DNA of 64,000 bases, from positions 8,032,001-8,096,000 of the forward strand of contig CP068257.2 of assembly GCA_009914755.4 (NCBI GenBank), in the 5' to 3' direction. The position numbers and the translations under genes are program-made. The DNA comes from the human T2T-CHM13v2.0 reference genome, Homo sapiens. The notes beneath the pieces are model-generated. The model was not told the origin of the DNA and searched no databases. It saw only the letters and a program-made list of their open reading frames with translations. Shown piece by piece: positions 61,877-64,000 of the stretch. Position 1 is the stretch's first letter. Every line of letters starts with the position of its first letter.

Positions 61877-62282
61877 GCTTTTTGACGTATTTCAAGATGG
61901 CTACTCGGAAGACTGGAAATAGCTTCTTCTACAAGAATAGCTGAAAAGTTGTGTTTGTTGGGGAGATTTGCATTTGTAGAGAAAATCTGCATTGATATAG
62001 ACAGGCTTTCCCTGAGATACTCCCTTGTCTGTGTTTACGAAAGATTAACTGAGTCTGGCACGTTTACATTTCTAAAAACCATTTCTTATCTACACTTCCC
62101 AAGAGGAGGGCTGCTCTCTGTGAGGTTTCATCCATGTAACAAGACTTCCTCTGCTGCCAGGCTCCTCTGTCTTCCTTGTCGTCACTTGTCTTCCGCAAAG
62201 ACTGATTGACCAACCTACAGGTCTGTGTTTTCTGTAACCTCAAGACAGCATAGGCGTGTTGACTACCTTGCCATTCCTGGAG

Positions 62283-62390
62283 TTTTTATATATATAGTAT
62301 ATATTTGTATATCTATTTATAATATACAAATATTTGTATATATATTTATAATATACAAATATTTGTATATATATTTATATATATATTATG
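62283..62390. repeat. AT-rich ~30-bp-unit minisatellite. It is the expanded paralog of 690-775.
   Basis: tatatttataatatacaaatatttgtatata recurs three times. Confidence 0.7.
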
Positions 62391-63837
62391 TAAACTCCAA
62401 GTGCATACTTGTGCACGTATCTGTAAACCTTTTTTTCCTGTTGATTTGAACATTATCTGTTTGTTTTATAGACTGAAATAATTAAAGCTTCAAGGGAAAA
62501 ATTTAAACTTTCCTATAGAGAAAAGACAAATATGTAGGTGACAAATAATATTTAGAGTGTAAGACGCTTTTTAAAGGTATATTTGTAATTTGTGTCAAAA
62601 CATTTAAATATACATTTGTTGCTTTAACTATAAAATTTCAAATAATTTAAGCTAAATATATAGTATATGCAGAAAATTTAGCAATATTTGTATGTAGCAC
62701 CTTACTGTGCATTACTGTAACCAGCTGTCTAATATAAAGAACTAATTAAGGTAACACCTACTTTTCAAATATCTCATTTTTTTCACAGACCTATTAAATA
62801 AGACAAATAACATATAAACTTTGTTTTTAAATTTACAGAATAGTAGTTTTCAGAAGATGATTTATTTTAGCAAATTCCATCTTCACATTGTGCTATGCTT
62901 TTATGAGTTCCACCTGTTAAAGAATAATATTTTACTGCTGAATCTATCATGTGTGATATAATTGCTCATTATGTGCCTTAAAACACAAGCAATATAGTTA
63001 TTTTCATCTTGCAGCAAATTAAAATCTTATCAGCCATTTAAAAACTCTAGAGTTGTCTTCTGGTTAATTATTTTAAACGTATTTTTCTCTCTATGTTTTT
63101 AATGAGTTGTCTTATCAAGGAGAAGAACTCAAGCTGATTATTCTTTTTTTTCTCTTCCATCCACCTCGCAGGTGCGTTAATAATTTCATTTCCCAGAAAA
63201 TGTTCTTTCATATCCATCTTACAAGATGAGAGAGCTTTTAAAATCTTCCATTCGGATGTGATAGGAGTAATGGAAAATATTCCAGCTTCATGAATATGGT
63301 GATACAAATAGTTATCCGTCTAACCTCTTTCAGTGCCAAATGTATACTTTAGTCAGCGAATTACTCAGTTGACAGGTAATTTCTTCTGAAATCACTAATG
63401 AGAGGATCAGAGGTCTGGCTCTTGTCTGTACCGCATGTGACTCCCAGTGCAGACAATTGTTTCTATGGAGCACAGACAGTTGAAAGGATTGACTTCCTGC
63501 CTAGAATAGTTTCTGCTGTGCTTCTTATCCTTCTTGTGGAGATTTCAGATTATCTGAATTGCTTTTCTATCTTAAGAAAAAACTCAACAATTCTCCCACC
63601 TGAGAGGAATGTAAACTGTAGTAAGTTAGCAGAACCAATCCGTAAAGTTTTACATTGTTTTTTTGTAAAATGCAGCTTTGGTGTCTCCATCACTAACCTT
63701 TTCTATCCCTCATTGCTCTTTCTTTGACTGCAATAGGATACCTCTAGGCAAATCTGTATTCCCGAGACAGAGTGCCGTTTTGGTTAGCTATAAGTACACT
63801 CAATGGTAGGCGGAAATACTAGTTTTTATCTACGGCG

Positions 63838-64000
63838 AAATTCCATTCCACTACACTCCACTCCACTCCACTCCACTCCACGCTATTCAGTTCCATTCCA
63901 CTCCATTCCATTCCACTTCATTCCACTCCACTGCACTCCACTTCACCGCATTCCATTCCATTCCACTTCACTCCATTCCACTCCACTCCACTCCATTCCA
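63838..64000. repeat. (ATTCC)n/(GGAAT)n classical satellite (HSATIII-type). It continues beyond the window edge.
   Basis: ttccattccactacactccactccactccactccactccacgctattcagttccattccactccattccattcc... is a pentameric ATTCC/ACTCC array. Confidence 0.95.

Overview
This window is primate (almost certainly human) nuclear DNA. The evidence is many Alu SINEs, a full-length 6.2 kb L1PA LINE on the minus strand, THE1/MST MaLR LTRs, a Tigger-type MITE, older L1M fragments, and classical satellite DNA: (ATTCC)n HSATIII at the 3' edge and two arrays of a 13-bp CATTTCATTTCAT-like satellite. The base composition is AT-rich and gene-poor, typical of pericentromeric or heterochromatin-adjacent sequence. I found no convincing multi-exon protein-coding gene, no tRNA or rRNA, and no prokaryotic-style operon, CRISPR array or defence system. 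The organism context rules those out. Every long ORF in the supplied track is either L1 ORF1/ORF2 debris or an artefact of a stop-codon-free tandem repeat (satellite, GC-rich minisatellite or TTCC tract). What stands out is the structure. There are two nested, old (~5-6% diverged) direct segmental duplications: ~4.4 kb at 10909-15240 vs 38062-42493, and ~2.2 kb at 1-2224 vs 61593-63840. Both have breakpoints that coincide with satellite or TE edges. Both copies of the 4.4 kb duplication carry a CpG-dense 22-bp minisatellite, (GGCAAAAAGCCGCGGCGGCGGG)n. A ~440-bp CpG-island-like segment is present in only one paralog; it contains a possible minus-strand first exon (ATG followed by a GAG|gtaacg donor). 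I could not assign that exon to any known protein from memory.
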